Shown here: positions 36,653-48,509 of the stretch, one piece after another | How the letters are laid out: each line of letters opens with the position of its first letter | Numbering within the stretch: the stretch's first letter is position 1 | Source of the DNA: Perkinsus olseni | Lineage: Eukaryota | Direction of reading: 5' to 3' | Length of the DNA stretch: 64,000 bases | Assembly: GCA_013115125.1 (NCBI GenBank) | Contig: JABANN010000015.1 | Location: 62,001 to 126,000, forward strand | The notes under the pieces: generated by a model | Database searches by the model: none | Told to the model about the DNA's origin: nothing | Seen by the model: only the letters and a program-made list of their open reading frames with translations | Program-made: the position numbers and the translations under genes

Positions 36653-39600
36653 CACTGATGGTCTTCATGAGCTAAAGCCGTCTTTGCAGCTTCGACGAAG
36701 GGGCAGCCAGTCCCGGACTTGCTATCGATTTCCTGCAAGGAATCTTATGCTCCACAACGCGCACGCATCAACCTCAGATACCTCAATCGAAGAGTCCTCT
36801 CCGTCTTCTTCTGAAGTCTGGCCAAACTCTTCGGTATCTACAGATCCCGAGCTCGAATCCGTTTCCGCTTCCGCACATTTGTTCTTCCTGTCCGCACTGG
36901 TGTCTCCTGGGACGCTCCTACTCATACCAGCGTTACGCTTCTGATAGAAAAACCATATATCCGCTTTCTCACGCTCGACTATTTCACCTTGTTTCTCGGG
37001 CGAAGAATACAGTTGAATTCATGTAGCGGGCAGTGGAGGCTGCTACGCATCGGGTAACACTCTCCACAAAGCTCATAGTCGCAGCTTTGGCACTTGAACA
37101 AAGGGCCAACGATAGGCTTGCAACCACAACCATCGCAGCTAGCTCCTGACGAAGACAAAGCAGGTGGGCAACGAGGGTGAGGAGCTGTCCCCACCTTCGT
37201 GTGTGAGCTCTTCCTTTGTGGGGACGGGTGCACGAGAGAGGGAAGTGTCGACGATAATTTGATGCATCAGCGGAATCCAGTTGGGGACGATGATGGTGAC
37301 GACCTGAGTCCTTCTGCTGCTCAGAATGCAATCCAACTCATGGCATAGACCCACCTGCACTTGAGCGTCGAAGCCCAAGGTAGAGAGGGCCTTCATGAAG
37401 GATACAAACCAGTCGCCAATGGTACCCATCTGAGGGGCATCGCGCCCCTGGTTAACTACAGCCTGGAGGGTCGGTACGAATGACTTCAGCGGAGGGATGG
37501 GGGTGATGGCTAGAAGGAGACTCTGAGAAAACGGAAAGCCGACCGGTGATTGAAAAGGGGTGCCCAGAAATAGAACCGGAGATCTCAATTCCGCACTTCG
37601 CCCAGCGTGAAGTTTTCTGACACCTCTAGCTCTCACTCACCTGGAGGACGGGTCGAAGTTCCTTGTAGCGCTTGTACATCTTCCGAGTGAGGTGGTCCGT
37701 ATGCCGGCTGATACGCTGGATCATCAGTGGAATGAATGACACCAAAACCTGGGCAGCGGAAAACCCCGAATGAAAAGCGCGCGCCCGATAAATTGAATAC
37801 TTACTGATGTAACCATGTGGGGTGTAAGCATCCCACATCCATCCAAACCCATGAAAATCCAAGCCAAAGGCTTGGCTGTGAAAGTTCGACGGCAGCAGCT
37901 CTGCATCGCTCCGTCTTTTTCAACAGTTTGGTTCTGCTCGGCGGGAGCTCGCACTCTTTGCGCGCTCGTCTGAGACGAAAAAAATGAGTTAAGCCTCGAA
38001 TTAAACGGTCGCCTGGCCTCTCAGATGGGCCACAGGCGGGATACTCACCTTAGCCGAGGGGACCTTAGTATCAGGCCAGAGTTCGCAAACAAATTCGTGG
38101 CCGTTGACGTGGACGCTATTCTTGTCCGGGTAACACTCGCCGCAGAGATCGTACTCGTAGTCACAATCTTGGCACTGGAATCGAGGGCCCACAATGGGAT
38201 AGATACCACAACCATCGCAGCCAACGTCTGAACGAGCGAAGAAATCTTCACTGTGCGCAAAGATACTCCTTCGTAGTACCATGAGTGAGCTCCGACTTTG
38301 ACATGACGGGAATGTCATGCTTGTCGAACTGGAAGCCCATGAGGGAAGTCACCACTGTCATCCATCTAGGAGCTGCGTTCAGCAGGACCTGAATAGCAAG
38401 CAGGCTAAGGCCAGCACCGCCACTCGAGGAGAGAGACAAGGGGCACTCGGAGCGGTTCGTTGAGGATTTTTCAGGACGATGGTGGGCCTACCGGCATCCG
38501 CTTCTCGAAGGGCAGTGCAGCAAAGGCCTTCATGGAGGTGATGAACCACGTGCCGAAGGACCTCATTCGGGGGCTATCAGGCCCGCCTGTGACGATCTCT
38601 CGCAACGGCGGCACGTACTCCTGCATTTCGGGGAGCTTCTCGAGGGAGGTGAGTAGTGCCTGCGCAACAGGCATGTCCACCACCTGCAGGTCTCCAGCAC
38701 GATCATTCCTACTTGCAAAGTCGGGCGAATCCACTCGTACTTCACTCGGGCGGCCTTCGAGATCCGATCAGTATGTCGACTAAGTCTTTGGATGGTCAAC
38801 GGCAAGAACGCCGAAGCGACCTGATAAGGCACAGTACTACAGCTTGCTGCAAAGGGTCTTACCGAAGCCAGGATCCGAGGGGTGAGCAAACCCTGTATGT
38901 TGAGATTGAGGAACATCTTCACCAACGGCTTGGGTGTGTACGTCTTGTGAGCCTTCGGACGCTCATCTCCGCTTTCCGCCGGCCTCTGTTGTTGCGGTAC
39001 CCGTCGAGGCTCCAGGCTCTCCCCGACAGCACCAACGAACCCGGTGTGGTCGCCATTGCTGTCGTCACCGTCATAGCGGGCAGCGTCGTCCCTCCAGTGG
39101 TCGAAGCCAAACAGGCCACCCTTCCCCTTTCCCTTGCCCTTCCCTTTACCCTTGCCCCTAGAGAGCATCCAGCTCCCGTGTGACCAGGGGTGAGGGCGAT
39201 GCTGACGATACTCCTCGTGCCACGACAAAGTCGTGCGAAGAACGTCGAGCCAACTTGAAAACGGTCCCGAAGCTTCGGGCGATGCTGAGCTAGGGAAAGG
39301 GTGATGGAAGGGGTCCTGCAGTCCCCTGGCGGGGTTCTCGGCCACTGCACGATCTGCCTGAACATGCAACCAATGAAGAGGGCCTCAACTTCTCCACCCG
39401 CTCACAGTCAACGACTGCTGCTGTGGCTGTGGCTGTGGCTGTGGCTGTGGCTGTGGCTGTGGCTGTGATGGTTGTGGATCGTTGGACGGCCAGAGGACGC
39501 AGACGAAGTCGTGCTGGGGATGGATGGAATTCTTCTCCGGGAAGCACTCTCCGCAGAGGTTGAAGTCGCAAGAGCGGCACTTGAACTTCGGGCCCATGAT

Positions 39601-41852
39601 CGGCGTCTCGCCGCACATGTCGCACTTCACACCTGCCCACAGACAACAGCGTCACAGGCTGTCACGTCCCAACCGACCGAGATCTGAGAGAGAAGATTCT
39701 GTTATGGACATAATCGACTACTTCTCGCTAGGAGGGCCATCACAGTGGGGACCGCACCAACGCGTCATCCGTTAAAAACCGCCACCGAAACTTGTGGCAC
39801 GGAGACAACCCGAGACGCTTTCGAGGTCACCTTGGCCCGTGTTGCGCTATGACCAATGGAAGGGCCTCAACGGCAGACTCACCAGTGTGGGTGATGTTCA
39901 CCTCACCACAGTCCAGCATGTCGCGGTAGGTGACGATGTCCTCTCGCACGACCAGACTCCAAGGCTCGGCCAAAGCGAGTAGTATCTGTTGCATGGACAC
40001 TCTACTAGCGAGCCATGTACGAAAGAAAACTCGCTGCCATAAGTGACATTCTTGCGCGGCACAGCAACAGCGGAAGGCCTCCGTTTTTCCGCTACGTGAG
40101 CTGGAGCCAACGAGAAGTAGGGCAGAGGGTTCTTAGGCCGGCTCACGTCTCTCATCAGCTCACCTTGATCTCGGTATCGAAGGGCTCCTGGGAGAGGGCC
40201 TTGAGGAAGTTGACCATCCATTGTCCCATACCGCACATCTCGGGAACTTCCGGCCCGGACTCCACCACTACCCTCAGCTGCTGCGCGAACCGCTGCAGCG
40301 ATGGTACCTCTTGAATCGCCTCCAGCGTGGCCTACCAACAACCGCTTAGACAGAGGCTGCCGACCTCGAACGACCACGACACGCTCATCGCTGACCGCCG
40401 CTGGGCCGGATTGAAAACGCAGACGCCCTTGTTCTGTTATGAATCTAGCTCGCCCCTCGAAAGACAGATTTCCCCCTTCCCACCTTCATTGTCGGTAAAA
40501 TGCGGTAAAATTTATGGTACATTCCGAAAGTGAGACAATCGGTATGGCGGCTGATCCTTTGGACCACCAGCGGGATGAAGTTGGCCATTACCTGACGTCC
40601 CATTAAAATCGTCACTGCCATGGACGACTCTGCACTGGCGGGAACTCACCGATGTCATTATCCTGGGGGTCAGCCTGCCGTACTCATTCAGCGCCAAATA
40701 CATCTTCAGAATTGGTTTCGGCGCATAGGACTTTCTCTGCTGCTTCTGCTGTTGATCTTGTGGGAAGCCCGGTGGAGCCCCCACGTCCGATCGAACGGGG
40801 ACCGGCGCCGGCGCGCTCGGGGCTCCCGTGAATGATCTCTCACTCTCGAACGAGCCCGCTGGTTGTGGGACGGCGCCAGGACGCTCCGAAGGGTATGACA
40901 CTTGAGGTGAGCGGTGGGGTTGCAAGCCAGGAGGCGCCCACACTGGATAGGGATCTACAGTCCCTGGACGACATGATTCACCAGCAGAAGCGGCAGGCGG
41001 TTGGTCTCTGGTATTCTAAAAAGGGCAACGGACTGTACAACCAACGAGAGCGGTGAATGCTCCTTACTGTTGTGAAGGCTGGAGACAGACCCTGACGAGA
41101 TGGCATGAACTCAGTAGTAGTAGTAGTAGTAGTAGCATCACCAGCAGCAGCAGCAGCAACGGATGGCCGGGCCTCTCGGACTCCCGGCTCCAAAGGCGTG
41201 GCGATGGGGAGAGCGCCAGGCGGGGACCAGAGGGGTGGGGCAGAGGCCGTGGTGGCAGCGGCCGTAGAGGCTGAGCTACTCCGAAGTAGCGTCTCGGACT
41301 TAGCGGTCAACTGATCGAGCAAACACTACGCAGGTGATATCGAGCGGGCTGTGGATCTACCGCTCACAGCTTGGATAGAAATCATGGTGAAGGACAACGA
41401 TCAACCACGGCTTAGTCAAACACGCAGCGAAAATACTTCGTAGACTCTCACCCTCGAACTAGACTAGTGCCTCATAACCACAACGGTTGGGCAACGCGTG
41501 AGAGCGATGAGCAGGTGGGCCTAGTGAATAGCCGATAAGATGACCTCCCTCGCCCTACCTCCACTCTCAAGACGCCCTTCGTGTCCTCAGCAAGCTGTAC
41601 AGCATCCGGCCAAGTGTCCTCAGTGAGCTCACACCAATCACCTTCATCATCCAAGTAACGAATCCTAGGGTCGGGCGATGGTTGACCAACAGGGCTAGCT
41701 GAAGCTGCGCAGTCTCTAGCGAACTGCTTTACTCTTGTGAAGGAGGCAGCGGCGGCCGGGACTCGGGTTCGCCATACCCCCTGAGCTGACACGAACTTAA
41801 CAACCAAGTTCGGGGGCGCGGGGGGAGGCTCCTGCCCATTGGATTCACTCAT
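36653..41852 (-). CDS. PB1 + 3x(unnamed helical domain + ZZ zinc finger) protein, p62/NBR1-like
   Basis: PB1 with basic K (LVVKF) and OPCA motif IRYLDDEGDWC. ZZ fingers CDMCGETPIMGPKFKC (~39630), CDGCGIYPIVGPRFQC (~38220) and CDGCGCKPIVGPLFKC (~37135). Confidence 0.85.
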
Positions 41853-42079
41853 GTTCGGTAAATTAATACAACTTGCATCAAGCTCTTGGTGATGATATCC
41901 AACTGGACTCTATCGAAAAAAGCGACTCGATTGGATCGAACCTGGCACTCCACGATGAGAGACCATATCCCTAACCGCCAGCCCGTATCATACTTGAAAA
42001 CAAACCCGTCAACGCTGAGGGAGCCCACAACTCAACAGAGGTTGCTGTAATGCAAAAGAAGGAGCAAACTGCTGCCGAG

Positions 42080-44765
42080 CTAGCTAGTTTTCCAAATGAC
42101 TGCCCTGAGGACGATAGCCAACAGCCTGACATCTCGTCTTCGCTTCGCGAAATCATGACTGGGCCGCACAAGAGAAATGAGGAAAAATTGGGTTAGCAAA
42201 TGTACTTGGCAGCGGTCGGCGCAAGACGAGGGTGGCCAACGTACCGACTCAGATGACAAGGAGTGAGGCGAAAAAGCCTGGCAGACTTCCCACAGCGCAT
42301 GGGTGATTAACGAGCACCCAATTACGATGCTACTCCGGCGGCGACAATTATTCTTTCTATTGAACGAATCAGCTTCGATAAGGATTACCAGCACCAGCAC
42401 TTCCGGGTGAGGGTAGAACAAAGGATGACGATGAGCAAGAATTAACGGCGGCCTGACAGAGGGGACATTTTCCGGCAGAGGGAGTTCCGATCGCAGCCTT
42501 ACTGGTTGCCGAGCGGCGGATACTGGGGATTTCTCCGTCACAGTGAGTCCGCCATCCCCAACTACCCCTTTGAGGCAGGAAGGCTGCTGCTGCTGTGGCT
42601 GGAGGTGGTGGAATTGATTCCAAGGGGCTCGGCTTTCAAGTGACGACACGTACGCGGACAACGCTGGGGGCGATAACTCGGACAAGTGAGGGTCCATCTG
42701 AGTAGAAGAGGTGCATCGCCTGGCGGCCCGTCGAGCGTCGCCTTACCGAGGCCGCGCCGGACACCTCCCTCCCCGGGCGTAAAACACACACAAAGTCGTG
42801 GAGCTCGGCATGGAGGTTGCTCTTGTTAGGGTAGCACTCGCCACAGAGATCGTAATCGCAAACTTGGCACTTGAACCTCGGTCCGACTATAGGGTTCGAG
42901 CCGCAGCCATCACAGTCGACACCTAGTTCAATCTACCACTCCCACGACGAAAAAAGGAAAAGTGATCCTACCATGGTGAGTGACCTGCTGCTTGGGAGTT
43001 GGAGGCACGTCGAACTGGCCGAGGGCCACCGCGGTTTGGAAGCACGGGATCCACGAGGGGGCCACCATCAAGAGGACCTCGAAGGAGAAGACGTCTCCAA
43101 TACCCAAAGAGAACATCAAATATGTTAGCTTTGCTGCAGCCGTTAGACTATTATGAAGTCGGCGGATCGATCACACTACGCTCGGGGAGTGCGCATGGAC
43201 GCACTGAAGCCCAGTAGCTATCGTTATGAATCTACCACTGGGATTCCACGCACTGGTTCGAAATCACACAGTCGAGGACGCTTGAGAATTCCCTCAGATA
43301 TTCGTCCTGCATTAATCGAGTAAAGTGACCCACGAGAGCAACGAATCCGGGCGATCCACCATTCCTCACTACCTGCACTTGCGCATCGAAGGTGAGGGTG
43401 GAAAATGACTTGAGAAGACCAACGAACCACTGGCCGAACTCAGCGACCTCAGGCGTGTTAGGACCGGAGTTAACGATGGCTTGAAGGAGCGGCATGAATT
43501 CGTGAAGCACCGGTATGTGCGTGATCGCCAGCAACATACTCTGAAATGTATACCGCATTTCTACCAAATCTACGTTACTGATGGCGTCACCTGCAAAGTG
43601 GGCCTGAGACACGCGTAGTTATTGTATACGTTATAGGACAGCCTATCGGTGTGGCGACTGCATCGCTGTATCATCAGAGGTATGAATGACACAGTGACCT
43701 GGCATAGACCGCGGGTTCAATTCCATCACCAGACAACTTCTCTCCACTCACCGAGGTTATCATTCGCGGTGTCAGCAAGTTCATGTCGTTGAGACACAGA
43801 AACATCCTCAAGACCGGTTTAGGGGCGTAAATCTTGTCGCTAGTCTTCGACAGCTGAGGCTGGACTGCGCCAGAGCTTTGGGCGTGCGTCCTAGCATCAT
43901 CAACCGAAGCATTCTCAATACCACCCACGAGTGGTTGGGTGGTGGCCGAAGCAGAATTGAGAGGGCCCGAGTAGGCGTGGGGCTGGCCGGGCGAGGAGAC
44001 ATCAGAAGGATGCTGCTCGAAAGAACCCCGTGCGCTGGATATGAAAGCGGCAGCAGCTGCGTCCTTGTCCTGCTTGCTAGTCTCAATCCCGGTACCAGAG
44101 TACTGCGGACTATGCAGGTTGAGGGAGTTTGTCGATGGTGATTTGCTTGGAGGGAAGGTAGAGTGGAAGTGCATGGCGGCATGCTCTTCTAGGGGCGAAT
44201 GCATACCCATGGGTAGCGCTTCGAGCTGTCTCATATTAACCTGGCAAGAGCAGTCACTTTTGGCGGCTGAGCCCTGTCTGCCCGTCCACCGACATAACAA
44301 GTGTTAACAGCGCTCTCCAGACTCTTAACGATCAGAGGCATTTGCACCGCTCCAGGATGGGCTGGTCGAGGATGTTATCATACCGATGGTTTAGCCAGTG
44401 TAATCCCCCGTGCACTACCACATCCAGACGGATAAGTCCATTGCTCCTCTGAGAAATATCAATGGCATCTTCGAAGGTCTCAGGCGTCAACACGCACATA
44501 TCGCCTTCATCGTCCTTATACCTGCAATACAACTTTCTGACACCTCTAGCTATCGAAGTGACGACGAGTGAATTGCTGCTTCGACAGAGATCACTCCAAA
44601 GTGTAGAAGGTTCTCGACTGACCTTATCATTTGGCCCTTCTCAGGAGGTACCATCTTTTCCACAACTTCTTTAACTTTCTCGTATGACACCTCCTGTGTC
44701 GGCACCTTCAGTCGCCAGATGCTCCCTTCGTATCCGACCTTCACCACGAGATTTTCTGCGCTCAT
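42080..44765 (-). CDS. PB1 + unnamed helical domain + ZZ protein, tandem paralogue (3' end approximate)
   Basis: MSAENLVVKV..|RYKDDEGDMCVLT (PB1). YAPKPVLRMFL..QRCSRHTD module. ZZ CDGCGSNPIVGPRFKCQVCDYDLCGEC (~42830-42915). Confidence 0.85.
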
Positions 44766-45930
44766 TGTGGTGAGGCAAACAACTACAAGCACGAAACTGC
44801 GGTTGGAAGGGGTATCTTAAAGTCAACTACAGTCCATCAGACGAAAGGACTTTCTGACGCTCTGACAACCGAGTTCTGCTTCATCTTCTTAATCTTTGGA
44901 CGCGGCTCGGGCGTGTAGACCCTATAGCCAGCAATTTGAGCATCGAGTAGCCATCCTTCGTTATTGAAGCTGTAGTCGACCCGTACCACCAATAAGTTTC
45001 TCTAGTTCTTGCACCAGAGCTCTATCCTTCAGCAGAATGTCCCCGCATGGGGAAGGGCATTGGATGCTCGCACGGCTGCCAGAAATTCACGCCTACGACG
45101 CCTCGCTACGACAACCGAGTTCAAATTTGCAGTGAAAGACGGCGGAACGGTATGCTGCAGCGAAAATTCACAAGTGCAAGCCCTGCGCTCCGCGAAGAGG
45201 GTTTCAGTCACTCAGCTCACTGATAGGCAGGGAATGCTTCACTTCCTGCGGAACGTAGTGGACCGCGAAGAGAGCCCAGGACTTACGCTCTGCGATGGCA
45301 TGACGCAGAAAAATGGCGCTTGCGGGGATCGAACCTGGGATCTTGCATACTGATTTGGTAAACCTTGAAGTAGTTGCAGCAAGTCGACCGATCGTCTGTT
45401 GGGTTATGCGGAGGAGCATTGAGACTCTGAGCAGGCCTCTAGGGGCTCCCTCTGACCAATACCGATTCAATCGGTATCGTACCCAGTGGTCGCAATCGGT
45501 CCGATCGGTGCGACTCATCGTGGAAGGTTCGCACCCTTCACCACTGGTACTCCAGTGTTTCTGTGCCTTGAACGCCTGCAGGCCGTCAGTTGAGTCGTTG
45601 GTAATAATAATGACGGCCCAAGCAGAAGAAGGCATATCACTACGAAAATACGTCATTCAGCCGTTGGCTCGATTGCCACTACGGATCAGAGGAATCTTGG
45701 GTCATCAGGATGCCATCGCCACAGGTAGTAGCGACGCTGCTCAGGCCCAATGTGGCCCGGAATCTTCATAGTGCGTGGTACAATAGCCCGGTAGCGTCCA
45801 GCTTTAGCGTTATCCGGCTGTTGAAGGTACTGATCGTAGGGCAGACCGACCCCGGACGCTGGTTGCGGCGAAGAGACCAAATTCGTCGCCTAACAGCGTT
45901 GTGCTCTCTACAACTCGCCAGCCCTTGCCT

Positions 45931-48240
45931 ATGGTCAACGTGGATGATTGGACCCTTGTCGTATGGGTCGGGTTTTGTATTCTTGTAGTGGGCCTGGCAG
46001 GCCTCACAATACAGGTAGGAATGGGTGACAGTGTTGTCAGCCCGGTCTATTTAAAAGCTCGTGGTCTAGCGGTGTGACGGTGCCAGTATCTCAAGAGGGA
46101 TCCGAGTTCAACCCCATGGTCATCCGTTTAGGTGCTCAATCAGTGCCCGCACTTGATAGCAATCCTTGTTGGAACCTTGCTGGTGGGCCTCGGGTTCTAC
46201 TGCAAGGTAACGCCTGCCCTTGAACCCTCTGGTCGTCATCGTTTCCCGACAGGTCCGTCAGCACGGCCTGCTGGAGTACTTGCCGCCACGCATCCAGCGC
46301 CTACTGCTGCATACGAGTGTCTTTGATATTTTCTTCGACCAAAATACTATCGCAAGGCTCTCTAGGTGCGCATCTTTACCTGGTAGTGGTTGCGTCAAAG
46401 GAGACTCCTCAGGTTGTGGTCTCGGCTTTTCCTCCTGGCCGGCTTCAAAGGGCTCTCGGAGAAGACCACTCGGCAGATCCTGGAGCAGATGGATGATGTG
46501 AGTGTGAGGTCGTTAGGGTCCCCTTCATAATCTCCCTTTCAGGGGTTCGTCGAGCAAATGCTGCAGCCCGGCTTAGCCCACCATCTCCCACTAGCGGTTC
46601 AGAGACATCTCCTGCCTAACCCAGTGGAAAACATTCGGGACCGGGTAGTAGCAGGTGCGGGTTGGCATGTGGCCAATCACGATAGATAGCTCTCCAGGTG
46701 CCGGTGCCTCATTGGTTGTCGACCAACCATCAGCGAAATGGTGAAGCTTCCGCAAGAGGAGGGCAGGTGGTTCCGAGGGCAGGGACAAGCCGAGAGCTCC
46801 CGACAGCTTTTACTGGTCTCCCCAGCGTTCGTATCGATCGGCGCACCGCTGCGGCTATTATACAGTAAGTTGCCGTCTTGCTGGGTGTTGAATAGAAGCA
46901 TCTCCTGCAGGTACAAGAAGGCCCATCCAGTGATAAGACCGGACATGCCGCCGCCTATCAGCCATGCTATGTGGATGGTCGCTGCTCCTTCAACTTCCAT
47001 CGTGGCGGGTAACCATGCTGATGTCAGCCGAGACGTGGCAGTCTACTCTGGCAGGTATAAGCACGCTCGGGTTGTCCGTATTTGCATGCAGGAAGGGGCG
47101 GTATCGAACGGCCGGTAGTACTGGGTTGGGGGGATGGGGAGCGGACGGAAGCCACGTGGTTAACGCGCCTACGTCAAGCAACCTATTTTTTTGGATAGGG
47201 ATATCTCCGATTGACACCAGGATTCCCCCGCAGTCCATAGGACTTAGCTTGCTTATCGAGATTTTTCTTTCATTATTGCTCTACCCAACCGCATTATTCG
47301 GAGGTCCCCCGTGCGTAGGAAAGAATATCAACGGATGATTAGTTATTCTTAACTGTTAGTTCCGAAGTAGAGAGCTCCGAGAAATCCGAAGTCTGTCTGG
47401 GCTTAGAACACAGCTCCTGTAGTGTTGGGCGTCAGGTAGCATACTCACAGCTGGAGTCTGTCTCACTACAGCGATCTACAACCACGGTGTGCAAATCAAG
47501 CGTAGCACGTTGCGTTACGCGATGGAGAACAAGCGGGAAGATTGGGCCTCGGTCTACAGGGGCAACATCATGACGGCGCACTACGTGGCCATTAGGCTTG
47601 TCGCCAAGTACCGCTGGTAGACCCATCCGACTTCGCTGTGTATTTTTGTGGCGAGTCACGCGGTTGGATGGATTTGTGCCACTGGATTGAAGTTGCTTGT
47701 CACGCGGTTCCCCATTTACATTTTTTTGCACAGTAAAGGCGGCGGGAGCGCTCTGTCGGCGGATCTCATCGCCTTGGTAATTTCGGGAAAAGTTGGTATG
47801 ATGAGCCCTCGTGTACAAGGTGATCTGCTGGCAACGAGCTGCTAACTTGACGTTTACCTTTGTCTATACTGATCTGTTAATATGTAACATCGTCATTGCT
47901 CCGTACCATCTAGTAGAGAGAAGCTAGGGAGATCCGTTGCTTGTCGTGTTCCAGTGCGGAGATATCGCAACCACCACTGGGCGTGGTCACGCAGTAGCGG
48001 GGCTCAGCTTCCAGGACTTCGTAGTGTGGGAAGGCATGCCCTTTGTGATGGGTTGCTAGTAGACTAAGGCTTCACCTCGGGACGGACAAAGTATGGCGAT
48101 GAAGACCAGCCGATGTACTCCAGGCGAGCGTATCAGATGTCAGCAGTCTTCTGACGATCTAGCACGGGCTGCTTGTCGGGGGCAAGGCGCGCGTTTCTCT
48201 ACACTCAAGATCGATGCAATTTGGTCGTACGGTCGAGGAC
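45931..48240 (+). CDS. Hypothetical multi-pass membrane protein (3' extent uncertain)
   Basis: MVNVDDWTLVVWVGFCILVVGLAGLTIQ|VLNQCPHLIAILVGTLLVGLGFYCK|VRQHGLLEYLP... Further hydrophobic exons follow. Confidence 0.5.
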
Positions 48241-48509
48241 CCAAATTTTGAAATTGGTTGACGGGACACTCCGAGTTTCTACGGATACCTCATAACCATC
48301 CAGTGACTCTACGAGCGCTACTACGTGAGCCCACAATTTCCGATTATGGCCAATGCCCCATCTTCTCCTCGAGAGATTCCCGCCGGCTTTTCACGACGTG
48401 CTTCACTGGAATAGTTTTGGAGCAACTTGTCTGTCATCCTGATGTTACATGAACTCATTCGAAATCGAGGCGCGGTGCCCTTCATAGTTGATACCAGTCC
48501 TCACTGTGA

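Noticed and set aside
39120-39467. (GCTGTG)n and purine/pyrimidine tandem repeats as an array or CRISPR
   Set aside because: They encode QP and GK low-complexity linkers in the PB1-ZZ protein, and there are no spacers.
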